Source: Oligoflexia bacterium (GTDB lineage: Bacteria > Bdellovibrionota > UBA1018). From it: a DNA stretch of 64,000 nt. The notes beneath the pieces were generated by a model. The model did not search any database, was not told where the DNA came from, and was given only the letters and a program-made list of their open reading frames with translations. How positions within the stretch are numbered: the first letter of the stretch is position 1; each line of letters starts with the position of its first letter. The DNA lies in the NCBI GenBank assembly GCA_963758495.1, contig CAVWVI010000003.1, positions 992,001-1,056,000 on the forward strand, read 5' to 3'. The position numbers and the translations under genes are program-made. Shown one piece after another: positions 10,284-19,649 of this stretch.

Positions 10284-11854
10284 GGAAAGACGCTGACTTT
10301 CTTCAAAATTAAATAGTCCAAAGGATTTAACTCAAAGTTTTTAACACGAGGTTTTACTAACGCTAAGTTAGATTCATAGTAAAGAGGTACAATCACTGTT
10401 TCAACCTCTAATAGAATTTTTTGCAAATCCAGATACATTTTCTCTCTTTCCGTTGGATTCTGAGACTGACGCGCTAACTCAACTAGGTTGTCAAAGTGAT
10501 CATTTTTCCAATCTGTTCGACTATTACCGGAAGCACTTGTAAAGAGAGAGAGAAATGAATCAGGGTCAGGGTAATCGGCCGTCCAGGTAAAATCAAATAG
10601 AGGAAAAGTAAGGAGATCCAACTGAGTTCGGTAACTTTTATTATCTAAAGGATGAATAACTACATTGATCCCGAGATTTTTTTTGAGTTCATCTCGAATA
10701 AATTGTGCCACAGCGAGTGATTTATCCCAGTTAGGAACAACATAGTCGATACTGAAAGTACCGTTTGTATCTAGTCCAGAGTTCTTTAGTTCCACTTTTG
10801 CCAATTCAAGATTGTAGGGAAGGCCAATATTTTTTGAATAGCCCATCATCTGGGGTGGTACAAAGGAGGTGGCGGGCTCTTGTCCACTCTGTAGTATTTT
10901 GATCAATTTTGTCTTGTCTATCGCCATGGCAATCGCTCGTCTAAATTTAACATTAGAAATAGGATATTTGTTGGTTACAAATCCTAAAAATCCTGTTTTC
11001 AAATGGGAAAATTTTCTCAGATCGGAGTGGTTTCTTAAACGGCTCATATCCACGGTTGCGATATCAGTTAAAAAATCCAATTTACCCGCCTCATAGAGGG
11101 ATAAGGCCGTAGCATCATCTTTGAGAATCAGCGCTACAATTTGATCAACATTTCCTCTGACGCCATAATAGTTGGGATTCGCCTTCAAAATAATTTTACT
11201 ATCTATGTCGTGGGTATCTAGGGAATAGGGCCCCAAACTCACCATTCGGCCTGGCGTCTCCCAGCCCGAACCAAATTTCTCTACAACATCTTGGCGCATA
11301 GGGTAGGTTACCCAGAAGGCTGGAATGTAAATCCAATGCGCGACTGGATGCTTCAAGGTAACTTGCAAGGAAAGGGATGTGGTGGCTTTAACTCCAACTT
11401 TTTGAAAATCTAGGATTTTTCCCTGATTATACGCTTCCGCTCCTTCAATATCGAAAAGAAAATAAGCATAGGGAGCTGCCGTAAGGGGTGACAGCAACCT
11501 CTTCCAACTATAAACAAAATCCTCTGCCCTCAAAGGGACACCATCAGACCACTTTACCCCTGGCCTGATCTTGAAAGTGTAAACTTTCCCATCAGGGCTT
11601 TTAGTCCAACTTTCAGCCAGTGTAGGTGAGACTTTTAATTCCGAATCAAAGGAAACCAATCCTTCCATGAGATTCATCAAAATATAGGATTCAACCAAAG
11701 TATGAGCACGATTCCAATCCAGACTCTCCGGCTCTCCTCGGATTCTAAAACTGAGTGTCTTGCCAGTTGGAACTGGCTCTGCTTGTGAGAAACGTATATT
11801 TATTAAAAAACCAATACATAAGAAAATAATTAGAATTTTGAGTTTAATCAACAA
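10280..11854 (-). CDS. OppA-like ABC peptide substrate-binding protein (family 5)
   Basis: 'VKWSDGVPLRAEDFVYSWKR', 'WTADYPDPDSFL'. Confidence 0.9.
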   Translation of the reverse strand: MLIKLKILIIFLCIGFLINIRFSQAEPVPTGKTLSFRIRGEPESLDWNRAHTLVESYILMNLMEGLVSFDSELKVSPTLAESWTKSPDGKVYTFKIRPGVKWSDGVPLRAEDFVYSWKRLLSPLTAAPYAYFLFDIEGAEAYNQGKILDFQKVGVKATTSLSLQVTLKHPVAHWIYIPAFWVTYPMRQDVVEKFGSGWETPGRMVSLGPYSLDTHDIDSKIILKANPNYYGVRGNVDQIVALILKDDATALSLYEAGKLDFLTDIATVDMSRLRNHSDLRKFSHLKTGFLGFVTNKYPISNVKFRRAIAMAIDKTKLIKILQSGQEPATSFVPPQMMGYSKNIGLPYNLELAKVELKNSGLDTNGTFSIDYVVPNWDKSLAVAQFIRDELKKNLGINVVIHPLDNKSYRTQLDLLTFPLFDFTWTADYPDPDSFLSLFTSASGNSRTDWKNDHFDNLVELARQSQNPTEREKMYLDLQKILLEVETVIVPLYYESNLALVKPRVKNFELNPLDYLILKKVSVFP

Positions 11855-13415
11855 GATCCACCTTCTTTAGATTGAGATAGTTAACTGGATTCAATTCTAA
11901 ATTTCGAACTCTGGAATGCATTAAGGCTTTAATCGGTTCATAATACAAAGGTACAACGATCGCTTCTTTTTGAAGCAATATCTTTTGCAGTTCAATATAT
12001 TTTTTTTCTCTTTCCAGTTGATTCAAAGAATGTGCGGCTTTATTCGTAAGGGTATCAAACATGATATTTTTCCAATGACTATGATTATTACCGGAGTAGC
12101 TTAAAAATACAGATAAAAAATTATCTGGGTCAGGATAATCTGCTGACCAACCCGTTAAAAACCCTGCATAAGCATGAGTATTTAACTTAGATCGATAGGT
12201 TTTATTATCATAGGGATATAAAATGACTTCCAATCCTAAGTTTTTTTTCAATTCATTTTGAATAAATTGTGCAGTAACAAGTGCCTTTTCTAAATTTAAT
12301 ACAGTCAAACCTAATCGAATCGGGCGAGAGAAATCTAAACCAGACGCTCTCAATTCAGCTCGTGCCTGAATAGGGTCAAATTTTAGCCCAACATCTTTAG
12401 AGTATCCCATAATCAAAGGAGGAACAAAAGAAGTGGCAGGAGTTTGCCCTCCATGAAGTAGCTCAGCCAACTGTCCTTTATCAATTGACATTGCAATTGC
12501 TCGTCTTAACTTAACGTTGGACGTGGGGTATTGATCATCTGTAACCCATCCTAAATATCCTACTTTTAGATAAGGGAAAGTTTTCAGATCAGCTCGCTTT
12601 TCTAACCTTTTTAAATCAAACAAAGAAATATCGGTCAGAAAATCTAATTTACCCGCTTCATAGAGATTTAAAGCGGTTGCATCGTCGCTTACCACTTGTC
12701 CCACTATCTGATCTACATTTCCTCTTTTTCCATAATAAAAAGGATTCTTTTTCATCACGATTTTAGACTCTAAAACATGTTCTGATAAAAGATAGGGGCC
12801 AAGGGTGACTATATGCTTGGGTATCTCCCATGATGAGCCCTGCTTTTGTACGACATCCTCGCGAAGAGGGAACGTTACCCAAAAGGTTGGAACATAGAGC
12901 CAATGGGCCACAGAATGCTTCAGCTTTACTTCCAGGGTAAAATCATCGAGCGCTCTTACTCCCACTTTTTCAAAGTCTTTAATTTTCCCTTGATTGTAGC
13001 TTTCAGCATTTTCAATATCGTAGAGGAAATAGGCATAACTTGCAGCAGTTGCTGGTGTTAGCAGACGTTTCCAGCTATAAACAAAATCTTTCGCTTTGAG
13101 AACAACACCGTCTGACCATTTTACGTTCGATCTGAGCTTAAAACGAAACGTCCTACCATCTGAACTGACCTTCCAACTGTGGGCAAGAGCAGGCACTATT
13201 TTTAAATTTGAATCCAATCCAACGAGTCCTTCCATGAGATTCGTTAAGATATAAGTTTCAAAGGGAGTGTGAGCCCGATTCCAGTCTAAAGTTTCTGGCT
13301 CACCTAATAATCGAAATGTCAAAATTTTATCAGCTCCCCAAAGCCAGCAGGGAGTTGAAATCAAGCAAATAGAAACAATCAACTTTAATAAAATATTTAG
13401 AGCAAGCGCTCTCAT
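11844..13415 (-). CDS. OppA-like ABC peptide substrate-binding protein (family 5), paralog
   Basis: 'VKWSDGVVLKAKDFVYSWKR', 'WSADYPDPDNFL'; collinear with the downstream paralog. Confidence 0.9.
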   Translation of the reverse strand: MRALALNILLKLIVSICLISTPCWLWGADKILTFRLLGEPETLDWNRAHTPFETYILTNLMEGLVGLDSNLKIVPALAHSWKVSSDGRTFRFKLRSNVKWSDGVVLKAKDFVYSWKRLLTPATAASYAYFLYDIENAESYNQGKIKDFEKVGVRALDDFTLEVKLKHSVAHWLYVPTFWVTFPLREDVVQKQGSSWEIPKHIVTLGPYLLSEHVLESKIVMKKNPFYYGKRGNVDQIVGQVVSDDATALNLYEAGKLDFLTDISLFDLKRLEKRADLKTFPYLKVGYLGWVTDDQYPTSNVKLRRAIAMSIDKGQLAELLHGGQTPATSFVPPLIMGYSKDVGLKFDPIQARAELRASGLDFSRPIRLGLTVLNLEKALVTAQFIQNELKKNLGLEVILYPYDNKTYRSKLNTHAYAGFLTGWSADYPDPDNFLSVFLSYSGNNHSHWKNIMFDTLTNKAAHSLNQLEREKKYIELQKILLQKEAIVVPLYYEPIKALMHSRVRNLELNPVNYLNLKKVDLVD

Positions 13416-13418
13416 TTA

Positions 13419-13730
13419 CTAATAATTGTCATCTATATTGATCACTTCTACAACTACATCTCCATGAACTCGTGCTTGGCATCCTAAACGAGAACGATTC
13501 TGTGATGCAGTAGCCCTCTCGACACGCTCGATCTCATCCTCTTCCATTTCAGAAAGGGACTGATCTCCGACTTTCACAACGATATGACAGGTAGTACAGG
13601 CGCAGAAGCCTCCACAAGCATGTTGAATGGGTACATCATGATTAATGGCAACATCTAGGATACTTTCGCCCTCTTTAGCTTCACAACTGATATTCATCGG
13701 TAAAAATGTAACTTTTGGCATAATACTCAA
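13419..13730 (-). CDS. fdx: ISC 2Fe-2S ferredoxin
   Basis: 'HACGGFCACTTCH', 'SRLGCQ'. Confidence 0.95.
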   Translation of the reverse strand: MSIMPKVTFLPMNISCEAKEGESILDVAINHDVPIQHACGGFCACTTCHIVVKVGDQSLSEMEEDEIERVERATASQNRSRLGCQARVHGDVVVEVINIDDNY

Positions 13731-13738
13731 CTTTTCAT

Positions 13739-15587
13739 TTAATTAAGGTTTTTTTGAGAAGAAGAAGTAGAAGAAAGTGTCTCTTTTATTAAAAGTTCCG
13801 CAAGACGAATTGTTGTTTGATTTAAATACGAACTTGCATCGCGGATTCTCTGAATATCTTCGCCAACCAATGCAGCTTTTAGCTTCTCTATGGCTTCCTG
13901 AATGATTCGAACCTCTGATACAGAAAGAACTCGAGAGGCATCTGGCAATTTCTTCTCAGCAGCTCGTAAAACCGGCTCTGCTTCATTTCGTATCTCAATA
14001 ATCTGCGATAACCGATATCGGCTTCGGCATTCTCGATACCTGCCATAAGCATTTTTCGACTTCCTCATCAGTTAATCCATAGCTAGGACGGACTTCGATA
14101 GATTGTTCATTTCCTTTTTAAATCCTTTGCAGCAACTTGTAAAATTCCATCGGCATCAATTAAAAAAGTCACTTCAATCCGGGGCATCCCTGCCGGCATG
14201 GGTTGAATTCCTTTGAGCTTAAACTTAGCCAAACTCCGATTATCTTCTACCTTCTCTCGTTCACCTTGAAGAACATGAATATCAACCCCCGTTTGATTGT
14301 CCACAAAGGTGGTGAAAGTCTCACGAGCTACTGTAGGAATTCGAGTATTTCTGGGAATCAAAGGCGACATCAAGCCACCATAGGTTTCCAATCCCAGAGA
14401 GAGAGGAACAACATCTAAAAGAAGAAGATCCTTATTATTTCCGGACAAAATATCAGCTTGAATCGCAGCCCCTTCTGCAACCACTTCATCGGGATGAACA
14501 GAGGTGTTTGGCTCCCGAGCAAAGATCTCCCGACTAAATCTTTGGACAAATTTGAGTCGAGTAGGCCCTCCTACCAACACTACATCCGATAGATCTGCCA
14601 AATTCAAACCTGCATCTTCAAGGGCTTTCAGACACGGACCTCGGGTACGATTTAAAACCGGTTTGACCAAGTTTTCAAACTCTTCCAACGTCCAATTGCG
14701 TCTGAAACTTTTTTCCATGTACCGAGCATTTCAAAAACGGCTTCAGAATTTTCTGAAAGCGATAACTTTGTCTTTTCAGATGCTTCAAGCAATGAGGCAT
14801 GAAGTTGAATATCTGAAAAAGGATCCACACCATAACTCTGGAAAATTTCCTTTGCCGCTACACCAGCAATTGCATGATCGAGATCATCGCCCCCTAATGC
14901 AGTGTCTCCACTGGTGGCCAATACTTCAAAAATTCCATCATGAAGCTTTAAAATTGAAACATCAAAAGTGCCGCCACCTAAATCATAGACGGCAATGAGT
15001 CCCTGGCGTTTTCGATCTAACCCGTAGGCAAGAGAAGCCGCAGTAGGTTCATTGATTATTCTTAACACATCCCAACCTGCAAGCCGTCCGGCCATTCGAG
15101 TGGCCTGCCTTTGCGAATCATTAAAATAAGCCGGAACAGTAATCACCGCTCGACTTACGGGACAACCTAATGCCGCTTCCGCAGCCGACTTGAGCTCCTT
15201 GAGAATCATGGCTGATATCTCGATTGCAGTGTAGGTATGCTTACCGACTTTAATGCGTACAATGCCTTCCCCTGACACTGTTTCATAAGGCAGTGAATCT
15301 TTAATTGTTTTCAGATCTTCAAAACTGCGACCTAGGAGGCGCTTTACAGAAAATACGGTATGCTCTGCGTCTCTCACTTTTCTCTTTTTAGCTTCACTAC
15401 CAATTACCGGTTTATCATTCAAAAAAGAAACGACGGAAGGAATCAAATGTCCTCCATCTCGTGAATTCAATACTCGGGGCTTACCTTCTTGAACTATTGC
15501 AACCAAACTATTCGTGGTGCCAAGATCAATCCCCACGATTGGGCTTACTGTAACTTGAGAGTTGGGTGAATCAATTTGAATTGGCAT
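13739..15587 (-). CDS. hscA: Fe-S assembly Hsp70 chaperone HscA, broken by at least 4 frameshifts (likely assembly errors)
   Basis: 'GIDLGTTNS', '[12 protein letters not shown]', 'VVLVGG', 'DADGIL'. Reading across frames gives continuous '[33 protein letters not shown]'. Shifts near 14715, 14115, 14053 and 14000. Confidence 0.9.
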
Positions 15588-16269
15588 TTTTCTTAATCCG
15601 TTCTACATCTTTTTCTATGGATTTCAAATAACTCTGGGATTGAATCTCTTGAGCTAATCGTTCTAAAATTTGAGATGAGGGATGAAGATCATACTCAGCT
15701 TCAAAAGAAATTAAATTTCTCTCTGCATCCCGCTTTAAACGATTTAACTCAATTTCAAATTCTATGAGTTTCTTCTGGGCATTGTGTGGATCATCCATCC
15801 ACAAATCCTGAATTTCAAACCATGCCTCAGCTAATTCTATAGGCATCGTTGTTTTTCCACCGACCGTTTTACCAGTAGAAGAAACTTGAATCCCTTCAAG
15901 AGTCAAAAAATACTCGCGTAACCGCACGGGAGCTTTCAAAGTCCCATAGGCCTGATTTAAAAAACTCATCCGCTTCAAGGAAAGACTCATAGCATCTGAA
16001 TGAGAAGTAGTAAATCGGTCTGGGTGCAAGAGCCGAGAAATCTCATAAAATCGTTTCTCTAGTTCTTGACGGTCGAGCGAGAATTTACGTGGCATTCCCA
16101 AAGCACTGAAATAATCTTCAGACGAAGACACAGGCTGAGGAAACCCACATGCCGAACAGACATGGATAGAGAGAAAACCCTCTAACAAATGTGCACACTG
16201 CGCACATTTACGCTGAGAAACTACTACCGCAACCACAAGTGCGCTTCGCGTTTGGGTTATTAAAGACAA
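15571..16269 (-). CDS. hscB: Fe-S co-chaperone HscB with N-terminal CxxC...CxxC
   Basis: J-domain 'LHPDRF'; isc operon position; true start uncertain (~16207-16236). Confidence 0.9.
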   Translation of the reverse strand: MSLITQTRSALVVAVVVSQRKCAQCAHLLEGFLSIHVCSACGFPQPVSSSEDYFSALGMPRKFSLDRQELEKRFYEISRLLHPDRFTTSHSDAMSLSLKRMSFLNQAYGTLKAPVRLREYFLTLEGIQVSSTGKTVGGKTTMPIELAEAWFEIQDLWMDDPHNAQKKLIEFEIELNRLKRDAERNLISFEAEYDLHPSSQILERLAQEIQSQSYLKSIEKDVERIKKNANSN

Positions 16270-16537
16270 ATCCAGTACCTTCTAGACCATCTGTAAAGTC
16301 AAGTTGGGTTCCAGTCAGGTAAAGGAACGACTTCGCGTCACAGACAATTTTAATTCCATCTTTTTCAAACACTTTATCGGTTTCAACTGATGGCTGGTTA
16401 TCAAAGCCCAGTTTGTAACTCATGCCAGAACAACCACCACCTACTACTTTTACGCGAAGCATAGAACCACTCGCAGTAGCATCAGCTTGCTGAATGCGCT
16501 TAATTTCTGATACTGCTTTATCCGATACTGAAATCAT
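16208..16537 (-). CDS. iscA: Fe-S carrier IscA/HesB family
   Basis: 'GGGCSG', '[14 protein letters not shown]'. Confidence 0.95.
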   Translation of the reverse strand: MISVSDKAVSEIKRIQQADATASGSMLRVKVVGGGCSGMSYKLGFDNQPSVETDKVFEKDGIKIVCDAKSFLYLTGTQLDFTDGLEGTGFVFNNPNAKRTCGCGSSFSA

Positions 16538-16932
16538 GCTGTTTTGACCTCCTTATTCTTTTTTAGATAGTCTGCAATAGCGGCCTTAATCGCATCTTCT
16601 GCAAGGACTGAGCAATGGATCTTGATAGGAGGTAAAGACAACTCTTGCACGATATCTGTATTTTTAATAGCCATCGCTTCATCGATGGTCTTGCCCTTGA
16701 TCCATTCTGTAGCAAGCGATGAACTTGCAATTGCGCTTCCACAACCAAACGTCTTAAACTTGGCCTCTTTAATCACTTGAGTGATATCATCGATTTCAAT
16801 CTGCAGTTTCATCACGTCACCACATTCAGGTGCACCGACTAAACCTGTACCGACGTTCGCAGCATTTTTATCGAGAGAACCGACATTCCTCGGATTCTCG
16901 TAATGATCAATTACCTTTTTTGTATATGCCAT
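16534..16932 (-). CDS. iscU: Fe-S scaffold IscU
   Basis: 'GAPECGD', 'FGCGSAIASSS', 'LPPIKIHC'. Confidence 0.97.
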   Translation of the reverse strand: MAYTKKVIDHYENPRNVGSLDKNAANVGTGLVGAPECGDVMKLQIEIDDITQVIKEAKFKTFGCGSAIASSSLATEWIKGKTIDEAMAIKNTDIVQELSLPPIKIHCSVLAEDAIKAAIADYLKKNKEVKTA

Positions 16933-16975
16933 AAATATTAACTCCTTTTTTACTTTAAAATTTTTACTTTAAAAA

Positions 16976-18190
16976 TTAATGTCCTGTCCAACTTACCGAT
17001 TTAAGATCCACACCTTCTTTAGCCATCTCGTAAAGCGGTGATAGATCTCTCAACTTCTTTACTGTGGTCACTACTTTTTTAAGGGCAAAATCAATCTCTT
17101 CTTCAGTACTGAATCTTCCCAAGCCAAATCGAATACTTGTATGAGCTAAGTCTTCTCCCACTCCAATACTTTTTAACACGTACGATGGTTCAAGACTCGC
17201 TGAAGTACAGGCAGACCCACTCGAGACAGCAAGTTCTTTCATCCCCATCATGAGAGATTCACCCTCTACAAAAGCAAAACTGACATTGAGGTTATTGGGT
17301 AATCGCTCTGTAGGATGACCATTCAGATAGATCTCATCAAGTTCCTCTTGAAGACCTGTCCATAGCCGCTCTCGTAATGCTTTAACTCTCACAGTCTCAG
17401 TAGGAAGGAGTTGTTGGGCCAATTCAGCCGCCTTTCCAAAACCTACGATTCCAGGCACATTGAGTGTCCCGGAACGCATTCCGCGCTCATGTCCACCGCC
17501 ATGAATTAAAGGAGAAAGCCGAACTCGTGGGTTCTTACGTCGAACATAAAGTGCAGCTATACCCTTGGGTCCGTATATTTTATGTGCTGTCAAAGAAAGG
17601 AGGTCAACTCCCATTTCTTCGACATCAAGCGGAACTTTCCCAGCTGCTTGAACAGCATCCGTATGAAATAAAACTCCCTTTTCTTTACACACTTTTCCAA
17701 TAGCAGCTATAGGATTAATGGTCCCAATTTCATTATTAGCCGCCATGATAGAAACCAGAATAGTCTTAGGAGTAATTGCATTTCGAATCACTTCGGCACT
17801 GACTTGCCCATATTGATCCACGGGGACATAAGTAATTTCAAAACCTTTTTTTTCAAGAAAATGGCAAGTATCCAAAACCGATTTATGTTCAATCGGAGAG
17901 GTAATAATATGATTGCCTTTCTCTTTATACATCTCAGCAGCACCGCTAATCGCGAGGTTATTACTTTCAGTTGCACCGCTCGTAAAAATGACTTCCTTTT
18001 CATGCGCTCCAATAAAGTGAGCGATTTGCTGGCGCGCCTTTTCGGCTGCCGCCTCCGCAGTCCAACCGAATTCATGATTACGGCTAGCTGCGTTTCCAAA
18101 AATCTCGGTAAAATAAGGCATCATGACCTTGAGGACCTCTGGGTCCATCGGAGTGGTTGCATGATAATCTAAATAAATGGGGAATTTCAT
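16976..18190 (-). CDS. iscS: Cysteine desulfurase IscS
   Basis: 'YLDYHATTP', '[10 protein letters not shown]', '[14 protein letters not shown]'. Confidence 0.97.
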   Translation of the reverse strand: MKFPIYLDYHATTPMDPEVLKVMMPYFTEIFGNAASRNHEFGWTAEAAAEKARQQIAHFIGAHEKEVIFTSGATESNNLAISGAAEMYKEKGNHIITSPIEHKSVLDTCHFLEKKGFEITYVPVDQYGQVSAEVIRNAITPKTILVSIMAANNEIGTINPIAAIGKVCKEKGVLFHTDAVQAAGKVPLDVEEMGVDLLSLTAHKIYGPKGIAALYVRRKNPRVRLSPLIHGGGHERGMRSGTLNVPGIVGFGKAAELAQQLLPTETVRVKALRERLWTGLQEELDEIYLNGHPTERLPNNLNVSFAFVEGESLMMGMKELAVSSGSACTSASLEPSYVLKSIGVGEDLAHTSIRFGLGRFSTEEEIDFALKKVVTTVKKLRDLSPLYEMAKEGVDLKSVSWTGH

Positions 18191-18669
18191 TGTAATACTT
18201 CCTTTGCTTTAAATTCTTCTAATGACACGAGGGTATTATTAGATGACCCTTCCGTAAGTTCAGCCAATTGAATCCCGGCTAAAAGCTGAACAATTCGTGT
18301 ATTGAGCTGACTCATGAAATGTCGGATTTCACACCGACTTCCATACTCACAATCACTGGATTGATGCTCGGGTGTACCTGCACAAACGACGACCGACTGA
18401 GGCCCTTCCATCAACTCCAAAAACTCCGCGAGTGATACCTCTCCTAAAGATCGTTGCAGCGTATAACCCCCTTTTGCGCCATGGGCCGATTGAATCAGGC
18501 CAGTATCTTTCAATCGTTGTAAAGTTTTTGCTGTGATCTCAAACGGAAGACCATACGAGTCCGCAATTTCTCGTGCGCTAGTGACTTCATTGGGATAAGA
18601 AGAACACTTACGACTAATATGACGCAATGCGATCAACCCATATTCTGTGGTTCGGTTTAATTTAATCAT
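18187..18669 (-). CDS. iscR: Rrf2 family regulator IscR
   Basis: Rrf2 wHTH 'SAHGAKGGY', three C-terminal Cys, first gene of the isc operon. Confidence 0.88.
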   Translation of the reverse strand: MIKLNRTTEYGLIALRHISRKCSSYPNEVTSAREIADSYGLPFEITAKTLQRLKDTGLIQSAHGAKGGYTLQRSLGEVSLAEFLELMEGPQSVVVCAGTPEHQSSDCEYGSRCEIRHFMSQLNTRIVQLLAGIQLAELTEGSSNNTLVSLEEFKAKEVLQ

Positions 18670-18681
18670 GATCGACCTTTC

Positions 18682-18756
18682 AAATACGATATTTAAAGTC
18701 CGATTTCAACCGAATTTCATTCTGACGGACCATATACGACATATTATATCGTATAT
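18682..18756. promoter_or_regulatory. Two 25-bp IscR-type operator candidates
   Basis: ATATACGAC-N7-ATCGTATAT (18732-18756) and AAATACGAT-N7-GTCCGATTT (18682-18706) upstream of iscR. Confidence 0.6.
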
Positions 18757-18831
18757 TAAATAAAGAGGATAGCTCTTTCATTAAACTAATCCAATTAATT
18801 GGTGCGCCAATATTCAAACGTTTCTGTGAAT

Positions 18832-19047
18832 TTAAGTCTCAAACCCGTTCACTTGATCTCTTTTCAATCCAGAAAAAGCCATTTCTGCTAGCTCATCAAA
18901 CTCCACCTCTACATCATCATAAATGAGTAAGTAGGGATATTTTTGCCCTGCTGTTGAAGCAGCTGGATGGATCGTTTCAGCAACCGTGTAAGACGCTGTC
19001 AGAGACATCGTAAAAAAATAAAACAAAGACACCAAAGTCACCTTCAT
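18832..19047 (-). CDS. Small secreted hypothetical protein (71 aa)
   Basis: Strong SD (AAGGAG), signal-peptide-like N-terminus, sigma54-like promoter upstream. Confidence 0.6.
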   Translation of the reverse strand: MKVTLVSLFYFFTMSLTASYTVAETIHPAASTAGQKYPYLLIYDDVEVEFDELAEMAFSGLKRDQVNGFET

Positions 19048-19079
19048 AAAAAAGAAACTCCTTCTCTCCCCTCACATAA

Positions 19080-19095
19080 AGCAAGCGTCATGCCT
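19080..19095 (-). promoter_or_regulatory. Putative sigma54 (-24/-12) promoter
   Basis: Minus strand AGGCAT-GACGC-TTGCT, with correct GG-N10-GC spacing. Confidence 0.55.
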
Positions 19096-19649
19096 TAATT
19101 AAATTTTATTAATTTAATACTATGATTTCATTTGTCTTTATCGACCTCACTTACTTATTTAAAGAATAATGATAGAATTTTAGATGATTAAGAACTAAGC
19201 ATCTGACAACCAACACCCAAAGCAGGGCCGTAGGGTAAAGACCGAACTGACTCGCAATAAGTGTAAGTGTGAGTAATCCCAAACATTAAAATACACAAGG
19301 TCCTCTGTATCGAAAAAACCGTCAAAATAATATTATTCCCAAACTTATATTTAATTGACTATTGCGATCGATTTCGATGAAATCAGCACCCAGTCTGATT
19401 CAGATCGGCTTCTGTCCTAGGCTCTCAGTTCGGAAGACAGCCAACGGATTCAGAAAAGACTCCGTTCTAGCGCAGTCCTCTTCGACTCAAAGTTGTATTT
19501 CATTAAAATTTGCTAGATGCCGATAAAGTATTTTAAGTTTTACAGATCGTAAAATTAAAAATTTCTAGAAGAAACCAACTCACCGCTTCTCGGTATTATT
19601 TATTTATGTTTCAATATGTAATGTAATTCAACTTTAGGGGGATAAGAAA

